A stretch of 64,000 nucleotides of DNA from Octopus bimaculoides (Eukaryota). Positions 39,712 to 51,029 of the stretch are shown one piece after another. The notes under the pieces were generated by a model. The model was not told the origin of the DNA. It saw nothing but the letters and a program-made list of their open reading frames with translations, and did no database searches. Each line of letters opens with the position of its first letter. Position 1 is the stretch's first letter. The stretch lies in assembly GCF_001194135.2 (NCBI RefSeq), contig NC_068985.1:16352275-16416274 (forward strand), written 5' to 3'. The position numbers were made by a program, and so were the translations under genes.

Positions 39712-40590
39712 TTAACTGGTCATAATTGTAAAAGTACTTGGGCGTCGTTTTCTTTTCAGCATTGTTTTCATTTCGTCCCTAAATAGACGCCCTGCCAAAA
39801 TGTACAAGATGAAATTGAACACATTATTGAAGCTACATAGTAAGATTAAAAAGGATTTTGCTGAATTTGCCATGTTTGATCCATTAGATAAGGCTAATGC
39901 GACAGAAGAAGGAAGAGTGCAAATCAAAAACAATATGTTTATTGCCAGTATCATATAAACTGTGTGGTTATTTACTTGTGAAGTTGACTGTGATGCGTTT
40001 CCAGCGATAGAACGGCGACAGAGTGTAAATACAATAATAATGTTACATGAAATCAAAATTGCAGCCGGAAAAAAGCTGTACATGACGCTTGCAAAAAACA
40101 CAGTCACCGTTTGGCTCGGAGTAACACAACGTCCATTCTCGAAGTAAAAATATCTGCTGTAAACTATGTTAACGCTTGCTAGAATAGCAAGCATTATAAT
40201 GATATTTATAATCTGGGGTTTATAACCAGTCAAAATTCTCGCCCTGGTTGACAACGGTCGAAACACCGCAAACATCCTGTGGACTGTAATAATGACGGTA
40301 ATCCAAGAGGAAATTTCCCTGAAAAAATGAATAAAATAACGGGAAAAACTACAGTTATTTTCAAACATATACACTAAGCTTATATCCAATGGCACAACAT
40401 GGTTATTGAATAATGATGTGTAGAGGACGAGTAAATCGTTTAAACACAGTGCAATCATGTATAGTCCTATATTCATAGTTCTCAGTCTTTTCCTGCAAAG
40501 TACTACCAGAGAAAATATGTTACCTATTGTACCAATAACCAACATTATTATTGCAGCGTAGGTGGTAGTTAAATTGTAAGAAGCCTGCAT
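39712..40590 (-). CDS. Single-exon class A GPCR (paralog 3), FMRFamide-receptor/srw-like, candidate chemoreceptor
   Basis: 292-aa intact ORF with 7 TM segments; N-terminal NLT sequon, GTIGN, CLND, NNC (C3.25), VHRMF, ENGRC (ECL2 Cys), YSFFP, FLICTLP, NFILY, GRLFRDEMK. Confidence 0.92.
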   Translation of the reverse strand: MQASYNLTTTYAAIIMLVIGTIGNIFSLVVLCRKRLRTMNIGLYMIALCLNDLLVLYTSLFNNHVVPLDISLVYMFENNCSFSRYFIHFFREISSWITVIITVHRMFAVFRPLSTRARILTGYKPQIINIIIMLAILASVNIVYSRYFYFENGRCVTPSQTVTVFFASVMYSFFPAAILISCNIIIVFTLCRRSIAGNASQSTSQVNNHTVYMILAINILFLICTLPSSVALALSNGSNMANSAKSFLILLCSFNNVFNFILYILAGRLFRDEMKTMLKRKRRPSTFTIMTS

Positions 40591-41559
40591 TGTTGTTGTT
40601 ATTTGTCAGGAACAAATTGTTTTTTTCTTGTATAACAACTACGAAAAAATAAAATTCGAATTCAGAGTGAACTTATATTTATATGAATTTTAATAGCTAA
40701 AATCATTTTATAATTAGCTCGTTAATTCTTAATTAAAACGTAATACCCTGCTTTGGATTTCTTTGAATTTATTTTATTCTTTATATACTTACATGATATT
40801 TTTTCCTGTAACTTAAATAATGAAATCACGTACATATACTTTCATGATATATGAAGTAGATATCAATTTATCCCATTTCTAGAGAATGAATTCAATTTCA
40901 GCAATTCAAAACTATTTGGATTTTATCTTCAAAGAAATATTTATAGATTAATATTTTTGCTAATTAGTTTCCATAACTAATCAATACATTTTATTGTGTG
41001 ACTTTCCATGAACTATTCCTCGTAATCTTCAATTCAATTACCTTTTTAATTATTCTGTATTTTTGTTATTTATGTTGAAATTTTTTTTCGATTGGCTTAA
41101 CGAGTATCATTCTGAATCATTATAAAACTTGGATATTGACGAACAAAAAAGAACCTCTGGAGCAAGGATGGGAAATCTCCTGACCCACGGGCAAAATATC
41201 TCCCGCATTCAAATATATTATATTTACATATCACCCGTTGTTTCTGAAACTAGGCCATCAAGACGTAACAGATATTTATAAAGTCAGATATTCAACTTAT
41301 TTTAAGATCTCCGAATAGTAATCTGCGAAGTTTGCACCACCTAGAAAGAGCGGTATGTTGATACTTGAATTGCTAAATGCCAATTTTATGTGGAATGTTC
41401 AGATGTTGAGAGCTCCACCCCGGCAATTCCCCCCGCCATAACTGACTCTCTTCACACGACGTAATATAATTTATAGTGTATAACTGCTCACTGCAAACGT
41501 AATTGTATAACTGCATAACTACAGTTTATGAAATTGCCTTCTGCACTAAATTTATAGGA

Positions 41560-44500
41560 CTAGCAAACTTACCCGTCTACGATGGGTGATAAGAGCAGGG
41601 TGCAAATCGAAACAATATTTTTATTCATTATATTTGATAGTGCCAAACTATATAGTGTACCTTACAAAAATATAAATGCGCCCTTATAAAGTCTAGTCAG
41701 GCTCATGGGCCCAGTTTCCCGGTTTCAATGGTGTATGTATTCCCCAGCTGAACGGGACGCCAGTCCATCGCAGCGTTACTTATTTTTGGCAGCCGAGTAG
41801 ACTGGAGCAACGTGAAATGAAGTGTTTTGCTCAAGAACACAACGCGTCGCCCAGTCCAGGAATCGAAACCACAATCTCCCGATCATGATGCTGACACCCT
41901 AACCACTAAGTCACGCGCCTCCACATATAGTGTACCTTATTAAACAATATATATGTAAACATTTACATAACACATTCACGGTACTATCTTTACAAAACCT
42001 CTTTGTAAGCAATATTCTCCGTTTGTCCACAACAAAGTTTCAAATTAGATGAATCCGTTGCCCTACTCATCGCAACATACAGCTAGCCGTGTGTGAACAT
42101 GGCGTGATCCAAAGTCTGGCCCTGAGACTTGTTGGCCGTATAGGAGAAGGCTAATTTGATAGGAAACTGCCTGCGTGGTAATTGAAATGGAAATTGATTA
42201 TCAGAAGGCATCAGAGATATCCAAGGTATAAACAGACATTTGCCAGTGTGAGGACCAGTTGCTAACACTGCTTCGATGACGTGAGAGTTAAGTTCCGTAA
42301 CAGTGTATCTTGTTCCGTTGCAATGTCCATTAGTTGGGTCAAAATTCCGAAGCAGCATAATCGGACAACCCTTCTTCAAAGTTATTTTGTATACTTGTAG
42401 TCCCGATGGATTTAAGTTGTTCAGGAAATCTTGCGGATATTGATGGTAATTTTCATCGTCTACAGTGTCTGAACTTAGATATTCCCGACTTTCTCCTGGG
42501 AAGCACCTGATCACATGTTCATTCACGCTGTTGGCGACATAATTGGTTGAAGTAATAACAGCTCATGAACATAATCATGACGAATTCGTATGCTCTTCGC
42601 CTAACCCATCAAAGACAAATTTGCACATTTCAGAAATAGAAGGGGTTTCTTGGACAAACTCAGGCCAGATTTGAATTGTGTTTTTATGACGTTCAATATA
42701 CATACAGTTTCCAGATCCGATGTCGCTTAGGTAGGAAGCGAATGCCACATCAGAGGAATTCGAACTCTCATGGTTATTGATAGTTTCAATTTTGTGGCAG
42801 ACGTCCAGATGTATGATGTCTTCAAGGTTGCGTTGACTATCTGAGGTCGACTTACACGCTTGACAACTGGAAGAATTTGCTTCCAGTCGCCAACAAACGG
42901 AACGTATATTCCTCCAAACAGATCTTTACACCTCTTGATATTGCGAAAGGAACGATCCAAGCATTCAAATAGAAGTTTATCACCTTGGCTGACTTCATCG
43001 ACTATCAACAGGTCAGTCATCCTGAATAGCTTTGCGGTTGCAATCATGTTCGGATATTTGGCAAGCAGATACTAGTGTGATGTTGATAGAAATTTTGCAG
43101 CTAGAGTGGAGGGTTCGACCATTGTGTAGCAGGGTAGCTGAAATTCCTGAAAGAGCAGTAGCGAGTACGATTTTTTCCTCCGATCGTAGAAAATCTACAA
43201 TCGCATTCATGATATATGTTTTCTCGGGGCAAAAATCTTGTTTTCAGTGTTTTTACTGATAACCGCATTTACTACCGTATCCATACACATGTCTTTGCTC
43301 TATGTTCAACGTATCGTACACCTCGGCAGACGATCTTCTCAGACTATCAGTATCGAAGTCAACTTCTTCGGAAATAATTTTTGACATCGGATCGTGCGAC
43401 ACGCCATAATCAGGTTTTGGTAGCTGGAAATTTTTCATCTCTCTGACGACGCTCTTGCAGACGAATCAATACTTCATTTTCAATGCGAGGATTAAGCTAG
43501 TTGACATTATTCTGATGCATGAGATCACGTGCTAATTCAAGTTTCCACTCTTCCCAAAAGGATCGAGCATCGGGCAGCCTGCACTATATCAACATGGTGG
43601 CAAAAAAACTCTCTAAGTGAATCACCAAAACAAATACTTGCAGCTTCTTCCATTGCACAATGTATTTCTCGATCATCGGATATGAGCCGACGTCTTAGGC
43701 ATGCTTCTTGAAATGTTGGACAAACATTTCCATCTACCGATTTCAAGTCATCAAAGCTAGTTGCACCTGTTACATTGTGGAGTAATATTCGGAGATGAAA
43801 GAGTTCAGACTGGTGTGCGCCCAGTGAAATGGTTTGGATTCGTCCAATGGTATCAGTTTTTACATCTGCATCATCTCTCTTGCCTCGCTTTCTCCTTTAC
43901 CAAGACTTGTTTTTACTGTTCCATGTGTAGAATTTCGGAGAGTCTTGGTATAATATCTGTCAAGCCTTTTCATCTTGTCTATTGGTATCAAAGAAAGCCA
44001 TCAGTTCTGCTGTCGGTGGTCCTTTTTGCACAACCTGGTTCACAGAATCATCGTCAAATAGTACCAACTGCTCACCAGGCAAATGACAGGGAAGCTTCGC
44101 AACTGTAGAATGCCGTCGGTGTATGAAGAATCCATACAACTTCCAAAATGCCTCCAAATTGCAGAGATGTATCGAGCATTCACGAAGTTTTCAATTTCAT
44201 TAATGACTATGATTTGCTGACCACCATCAGTAGTAAAGACGACTCTGTCTTGACCTTTCGTTATGCATTTGTATGAATACTTAACTGCCTGGACGGGGTG
44301 CACGACTTCTATGTTGATGTGAGCATCGTATTTCAACGTCAAGTAGAGATTATATGGTACTATCCACGAATTATCAGCCTGAAGATTAAATGGAGATCTT
44401 AAGTAAATTCAACATATAAGTTGATTTCCTATCGTCAATTTATTGGTATTCGCATACTGGTAGTGACGAAATCTGTGATAAAAAATGATACTCACCACGA

Positions 44501-45410
44501 AATCTATCTGTTCACCCTGACGTGTGAGCAGCTTCTGTTGTGTCAGCTCGCCGTCTGATGGACTTCTTCTTCGATACGTGGGGTAGCTGTCTTTCGAGGA
44601 TGACTGAATGCTGGAACGGCTTCGGGAAATCCTTTGTAGAATGTGCTCCATCCTTACCAACTTCCATACATGGACTTGATTTGTTAGTAGAACCACAAGG
44701 ATCATGTATATTGTGCGCCATTACGGCCTTGAATAACTGTGGATTCTTATTTTTATCAGGAATTTCTGCACTAACTACTTTGTCGATGATTTCTGGCACG
44801 GCAGGCTTGTGTTGAGGAGCCATTATAAGCAGTATATGCGCATGTGTAAGTCCACGTTTCTGCCATTCAATGGTGAGTGTGTGGGCAATAACTTTCCCCA
44901 ATACATGTTTTTTTCAGAAGATCGTCAAGAAGTGCGTCGAGCTTCATTTTAAACACTAGCTAAAATGTCGGGACGGTCCTCGGGGCGCTCACCTGGAAAT
45001 AACTCACTCTGAATCTCTGGCCACTTTGGCTTTGTCATGAAAGTAATAAAGTAGTCGAGCTTTCCCATGGCACTTTGAAAGGATTCATTGTAAAATCTTG
45101 GACTACCTGTGATGGTCGGTGGGAGAATGATTCTTCTTCCAGGTGTCACTGAATCATTTTGATGCATGTCATTAAGCAATCCTGAATACTTTTCTGCTCT
45201 TATCGTAGTTTGATTTCATTCAACCCACTGAAGCCTGCTTCGTTCAACTTTCGTTCATTGATCTACTGCATATTGCTGCAAGAGCCTTCTATTTCGCATT
45301 ACATGGTTATCCGAATTTATTCTCACTTGAAGCTGATAAGCATAGAAATCCATTGCTGTCAATGTCTGTCCATTTGTTTTCTTCAAATTCAGTTGCCAGC
45401 CATAATTTTT
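41560..45410 (-). mobile_element. Helitron (Rep HUH + PIF1 helicase), coding region decayed, 3' terminus intact
   Basis: GRRIILPPTITGSPR, EWQKRGLTHAHILL, AHINIEV..AVKY, ALSGISATLL..GRTLHS, LLIVDEVS, GDWKQILPV, GCPIMLLRN...NGTRY, RQFPIKLAF..TANKSQGQTL. The 3' end is a hairpin cccatc-gta-gacggg, then 8 nt, then CTAG|T (41560-41586). 5' boundary not located. Confidence 0.92.
41665..41924 (-). mobile_element. tRNA-derived SINE family C nested in the Helitron
   Basis: Head gtggaggcgcgtgacttagtggttagg...ttcgattcc; central gtgttcttgagcaaaacac; 15-bp TSD atatagtgtacctta at 41650-41664 and 41925-41939. Confidence 0.9.
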
Positions 45411-45949
45411 TTACACCCCACTCCCTCATCATCCCACTCCGAACCTATTTTGGCCAATTTTTTTGCACTTCAAAACCATGGATAGAGCATTTTCGGTAAA
45501 AAAATTTTTTTTAATTGTTAATATTTTCAGAGGGAAAAGTGAGTGACTTAAAGGTGTTTTGGCTGTTGTTTCTAGCATATCTAAAGACAACCCTCCTCGT
45601 TTCTTTATCACTCTAACATGTATTGATGTTTTTCGATATTTTCCCCCATAAATACATTTATATGCTATAAAAAAGAAAATTTGAGAAATTATAAATTTTT
45701 TGCAACCCCACTCCCTGCCCCCGATTGTTTCTGTTTAGAAATTAAAATATTGGAGTTCATTGCTGGCATTTATCCACAAAATTACGGAGATGTACTTGCA
45801 CAGCAAGTGACTTGATCTGAGATCGTGTGCTGAAACGAAAATAATTGCAGCGTAGATGTTTGTAAGCCATTCTAGAACACACAGAAACCGTTACTCTATA
45901 TTTACTACTTAAATACAGAGGTCCCGATACATCCACGTAACAATATGAA

Positions 45950-46002
45950 GGGGAGGGTTAGATTTAGGGTTAGTTAGGGTTAAGGTTAGGGTGTCATTAC
46001 AC
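45950..46002. repeat. Degenerate interstitial TTAGGG repeats
   Basis: gagggttagatttagggttagttagggttaaggttaggg. Confidence 0.7.
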
Positions 46003-46219
46003 GTCTACACAGTGTACATTTAAAATTAACTCTACAGGCAGTAGTAGAGGAATGCAAGAGGATAATAAATTTAAGACATGACGCGGATAAAATTGAAGGA
46101 AAAGATTGGTCATGCGATAACTGATAAGAAAAAGTAATAATAAATGTCAAGACCCAATCCATGCTATGGGTGCAGAGGCTTACATTTTAAATGTAACTGT
46201 CCTTTTAAAAATCTGAAAT

Positions 46220-46656
46220 GTTTTGATCGTAGAAAAATCGGACATAAAAGCTCACATTGTAGAGCGAAACAATAAAAATGGTCGAACAAAAAGAATTCTG
46301 GCAAGAAAGTATTGTCAATTAAAAAAAAATCTAATCAAGGCTCAGAAAAGAAAACTTGTGTTCATAAAATTGAATAATGTGAATATCAAGTTACGATTGG
46401 ATACGGACAATGATATTGCGATAATTAACGCAGTTACGTGGAGAAAAATCAGAAAACCTAGGTGGAAAGAAACTTCGAAAATTGCACTTGAGGAAAAAAA
46501 ATTGCATTTTAAGGGCGAAATGATACGTGATGTTACATTTCGTGAGAAAAAAAAATTAAAAGTCGAAGTTTTTGTACTGAATGATATGACAAATTTACTT
46601 GGAACAGACTGGATGGAATCACTTAACTTACGGGACCATCCCATAATTTTGTTAAT

Positions 46657-46687
<31 letters not shown>

Positions 46688-46920
46688 TTGTAAAAATGTG
46701 AATGGTTTTTCCTCCAATACAAATAATGCTTTAGAGGAATTTTAAAAAAATTTTTTCCTGAAGTTTTTTCTGATGAACTAGGTCTTTGCACCAAAAACAA
46801 AGGCCAAGTTTCAGGTAAAAGAAAATTCTATACCGGTATTTAAACCAAAAATGACTGTACCTTTCACAGCACTGAAACAAGTTAACGAAAATTTGAAAAG
46901 CTTCGGTGGAGGTGGAAATG
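46220..46920 (+). mobile_element. Ty3/Gypsy (K02A2.6-like) protease-RT junction relic
   Basis: IKLRLDTDND (LDTG-like), VFVL..TNLLGTDWM, then FPEVFSDELGLC...IPVFKPKMTVPF in another frame. Confidence 0.7.
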
Positions 46921-47492
46921 GTCCAAAAGTTTGTTTTTTTTTAAATAGGTGTGTGAAATTAGTAAAAACAATGAAAAGAATTTATTCCGTAGGAAAATTA
47001 GGAAAATATTTATGGTTAAGTGGAGATAGTAACTAAGGCAAATGGCCTAAATTGGAGACTGCTGGTCTACCATCCAGTGCATCTAATCAGTAAGCTGACT
47101 AGCCCATCAGACAGCTAATTTCACAGCTAATTGGCTAAACAATCTAGGAATCAGTCAGCCTAGTGGTCAATTAAATAAGTAAAAGTAAATATCCCTAATT
47201 AAATTAATGATTAGACTTTAACATTGAAAATTAAAATTTAAATAATTGCGAATTATTTTTACAGATGCAAGCTTTTACTAGAATTTGCTCATGCATTCAT
47301 ACACAAAAAGAAAATTTAACATGCATATACTTGCGTATAGACACATATAAAAATATATATGTATATACATATACACCTGTGTACACTCACAACATCCATA
47401 CATTCAAGTACACATGCGCCTATGTACCCAATCAATTTTAAGATATACATCATATTGTTATATTAACCCATACATGGGTACATACATATGTA

Positions 47493-47699
47493 GGGAGGTC
47501 ATTGCTCCCATCTCTAGCCTTACGTGATACACACAAACCCGAATTTCTGGGTAGTTACCCGTCTTCAGCTTCTGTTAATCACCAGCTAGCGATGAAGAAC
47601 TCATTCCACTCGCAAAATACTATATCCTTTTTCTAGCGACACACTGTCGCTGATCTCGTGTACATCACGTAAGGCTAGAGGTGGGAGCGATGACATCCC
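47493..47699. mobile_element. ~207-bp element with ~40-bp inverted termini
   Basis: gggaggtcattgctcccatctctagccttacgtgat / atcacgtaaggctagaggtgggagcgatgacatccc. Confidence 0.75.
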
Positions 47700-47840
47700 T
47701 CGCAAATACTAATCGGACACAGACTGTGCATCGTTGACCAGCTGGAAGAGATGTCTTTCTGGGGATAAAAACAACAGTAACATCGTCCTCTATAGGACCG
47801 CCACATATAGTTGGCAAATATATTTTACGATTCCGATGAA

Positions 47841-47996
47841 GTAGTTGTATGCTGTCAACTTTATGTTACAGTCCCCTGAAGGGAATAATACTACTGTTGG
47901 TTAGACCTAGGAAGCTGCACCACTTCCTAGGTCTAACCAACAGTAGTATTATTCCCTTCAGGGGACTATCACATTAAGCTGACAGCATACAACTAC
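47841..47996. repeat. 156-bp near-perfect palindrome
   Basis: Perfect 44-bp inner arms gtcccctgaagggaataatactactgttggttagacctaggaag around loop ctgcacca, with imperfect outer arms. Confidence 0.9.
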
Positions 47997-48018
47997 TGTA
48001 ACATAGCCTGTTATGTAT

Positions 48019-48049
<31 letters not shown>

Positions 48050-48404
48050 GTCAGTATATCATATATTCGAAAAAGAAGCACACTCTCAAGCATAGAGAGA
48101 TGGTGATGGCAGTGGTGGTCCGATTTGAACACAAGACATGGTGCAGTAGTGAACTTAATCCTAAATTTTGCCTATTCTTTCAACTTGCCACTGTATGAGT
48201 AACGAGGGAGCCTCTACCCAGTCGTTCTATCTACTAGAAATGGTTGTCAAAATCCCTCAAATCAAAACTTTAAGGAAGAATGCCTCCGATAGTGTGGACC
48301 AGTGGTTCTCAACCCCGGTCCATATGACCATTGGGGGTCCACATAAGATTTTGTTGTTAAAATTCATGTGCAATAAATTGATTACACTTCTGCTACATAC
48401 AAAA

Positions 48405-48970
48405 TACTTACTCCTTTACTTGTTTCAGTCATTTGACTGCGGCCATGCTGGAGCACCGCCTTTAGTCGAGAAAATCGACCCCAGGACGTATTCTTTGTAA
48501 GCCTAGTACTTATTCTATTGGTCTCTTTTTGCCGAACCGCTAAGTTACGGGGATGTAAACACACCAGCATCGGTTGTCAAGCGATGGTGGGGGCACAAAC
48601 ACAGACACACAAACACACACACAGATATATATATATATATANNNNNNNNNNNNNNNNNNNNNNNNNNNNNNNNNNNNNNNNNNNNNNNNNNNNNNNNNNN
48701 NNNNNNNNNNNNNNNNNNNNNNNNNNNNNNNNNNNNNNNNNNNNNNNNNNNNNNNNNNNNNNNNNNNNNNNNNNNNNNNNNNNNNNNNNNNNNNNNNNNN
48801 NNNNNNNNNNNNNNNNNNNNNNNNNNNNNNNNNNNNNNNNNNNNNNNNNNNNNNNNNNNNNNNNNNNNNNNNNNNNNNNNNNNNNNNNNNNNNNNNCCAA
48901 GGTGCCACGCAGTGGGACTGAACCCAGAACCATGTGGTTGGTAAGCAAGCTACTTACCACACAACCACTC
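48405..48970 (-). mobile_element. SINE family B spanning a gap at its internal microsatellite
   Basis: 3' part at 48405-48640; tRNA-like head ccaaggtgccacgcagtgggactgaacccagaaccatgtggttggtaagc at 48896-48965. Confidence 0.85.
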
Positions 48971-50150
48971 GATTTTTTTAAATACAATTTCTAATGATAT
49001 TTAATTATAAAAATATAATTTTTAAACATCGAATGGTTATGAGAGTCCCATCCCTTGAGTAAAATAGAAACCAAAGGGATCTATAGGTAAAAAAAAAATA
49101 GTTGAGAAAAACTGGTGTAGACTCTATGAACCTAAGATGATGGGTTGGTCTCTGCTAGAATACTTTTGATCATTGATCTGATGAGCAACAACAGAAGTAC
49201 AAGCAACAGTAGCGGCAAAAAAAAAGGAGAAACAACAGCATTAGTGCTAGCATCAACATTAACGACAACAACACCACAAACTGCAGCAGAGACTGTTGAA
49301 ACGGCAACAGTAGTGGCACCGACAACACCTTTGATCAGGACTGACTTGAAGTTAAGCAACACCGAAGGATGGTATTGTATTAGTCTCTCTTGAATAAGTA
49401 TCTGGAAGATTAGTTCATAGAATCGATTCCTTTACAAATGAATAATAATTCCAAAGTAATCCGAGTTAAGTCAGTATCAATGCAGTAATTAATATCTATA
49501 TCCATATAAGACACAAATAATAATAAAAAGTCAGTGGGGAACAAAAAGACACAAAATCAACGAACAAGAATATTCAGTCAATGTAATTGCGCTGTGTGGA
49601 AATAAAACGGAAAATAAATTGATGTATCAAAAAGAAAGAAAAGAGAGAGGAAAGGAAAATATGGAAAAAATACGACGTTACATCAAAATACAACATGGAC
49701 CAGTGGAGTAAAGAAGTTGGTTTTGAAAAAAGAGTGTAGTGGGAGCACTTAATGAAATGAAGTGAAGTTAGTGTGAAGATGCGTGATGAATGGGCAGCGA
49801 AGTGTAGTAGGAGCTTAGACGGGTATTAATACCAATAAGGTCAGTTATGTTTAAAACTAAGTGTTGCTCCTGAAAATTTAGCTGCAACTCTAGAAGGACT
49901 GCGTGGGTTTAACAACTCGTAAACCTGAAGACGTTCACGAACGCAGAAGTAAAAAGAGCTCTCCACCATGTATGGCAGGATATCCAACAACTTGATTGAC
50001 GATACATATCGACTGAATTTCATGAATGCGTCAATGTGGTCATGGGCAAGCAATGCCAGGCCATGATCACATCTAGACAGAGTATTCTTTAGATAGGGAC
50101 AGCGTAGGGCATCTACAATTCAAATTATTCGACCATAAATTTGTAATTTA

Positions 50151-51029
50151 CAAGGTCTGATCAATAAGTATCCGGACTATTGCCATATAACGATGCTAAA
50201 GAATAGAGTAAAACCGCTAGGTAAAGATTGACCTTGAAATTGGTTGTGCATGAGCACTAAGTTTTAACGTTCTAACTCACTTCCGCTGTTTACAGCAGTG
50301 CTTGGAAGGAAGGTGTGTAGCTGTAATCATCTCATTGACCATGACAGAGAAAGTTCTCATGGCGATACCTGCTCAAGCAATGTTACTGAAAGTATATGGA
50401 GAAGAGTGTATGAGCCACACACAAGAGTACGAGTGGTTCAGACGTTTCCAAGATGACCGAAAAATGTCGATATTGACGAACATTCTGGGAGACCCGCAAC
50501 CAGCAGAACTGAGAAAAACATCGCAGATGTGCGTCAGGCTGAGAGGGGAAATCGTCGAATCACCATCCGTAAGTTATAAGATGTGCAGATTAGTTACGGT
50601 TCAGTTCAGTCTGTTATCACTGAAGATTTGGGTATGAGACGCGTGTCTGCCAAGTTTGTGTCAAAACTGCTTTCAGCTAATCAAAAACATACTCGGGTTT
50701 CAGTTGCATAAGATCTCCTTGATTGTGTCGACAACGATGAAAACTTTTTGAAAACTTTGTGTAGGCCTCTGAGCAGGTATCACCAAGCTTTTGGCAAAAT
50801 TTGATGCAAATTCTCTGCTCAACTTTCTCTGTCATGGTCAATGCGAGAATCACACGCTACACACCTTCCTTCCGAACACTGTTGTAAACAGGAAAAGTGA
50901 GGTAGAACTTTAAAACTTAGTACGCATGCACTGCAGAGTTCAAGGTCAATTTGTGCCAAGCAGCTTCACTCTGCGCGCTTTAGCTTCGTTACTATGGCAA
51001 CGATCCTTGTACTTATTGATCAGATCACA
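50151..51029 (+). mobile_element. Internally deleted mariner derivative with ~205-bp TIRs
   Basis: Termini tctgatcaataagt on both sides. MTEK...LLKVYGEECMSHTQEYEWFRRF (HTH) and RRVSAKFVSKLL. 50151-50355 is mirrored by 50821-51029. Confidence 0.85.

Noticed and set aside
8876-48994. Long ORFs spanning N runs (near 8.9-9.8, 10.8-11.8, 13.6-14.2, 16.5, 24.0-24.7, 29.0-29.6, 36.3-36.8, 38.0-38.5 and 48.5-49.0 kb)
   Set aside because: They are open only because N codons contain no stops; these are assembly gaps.
49132-49393. Thr/Ala-rich ORFs resembling mucin or signal-anchored proteins
   Set aside because: Low-complexity (CAA/CAG-rich) sequence with no splice or domain support.
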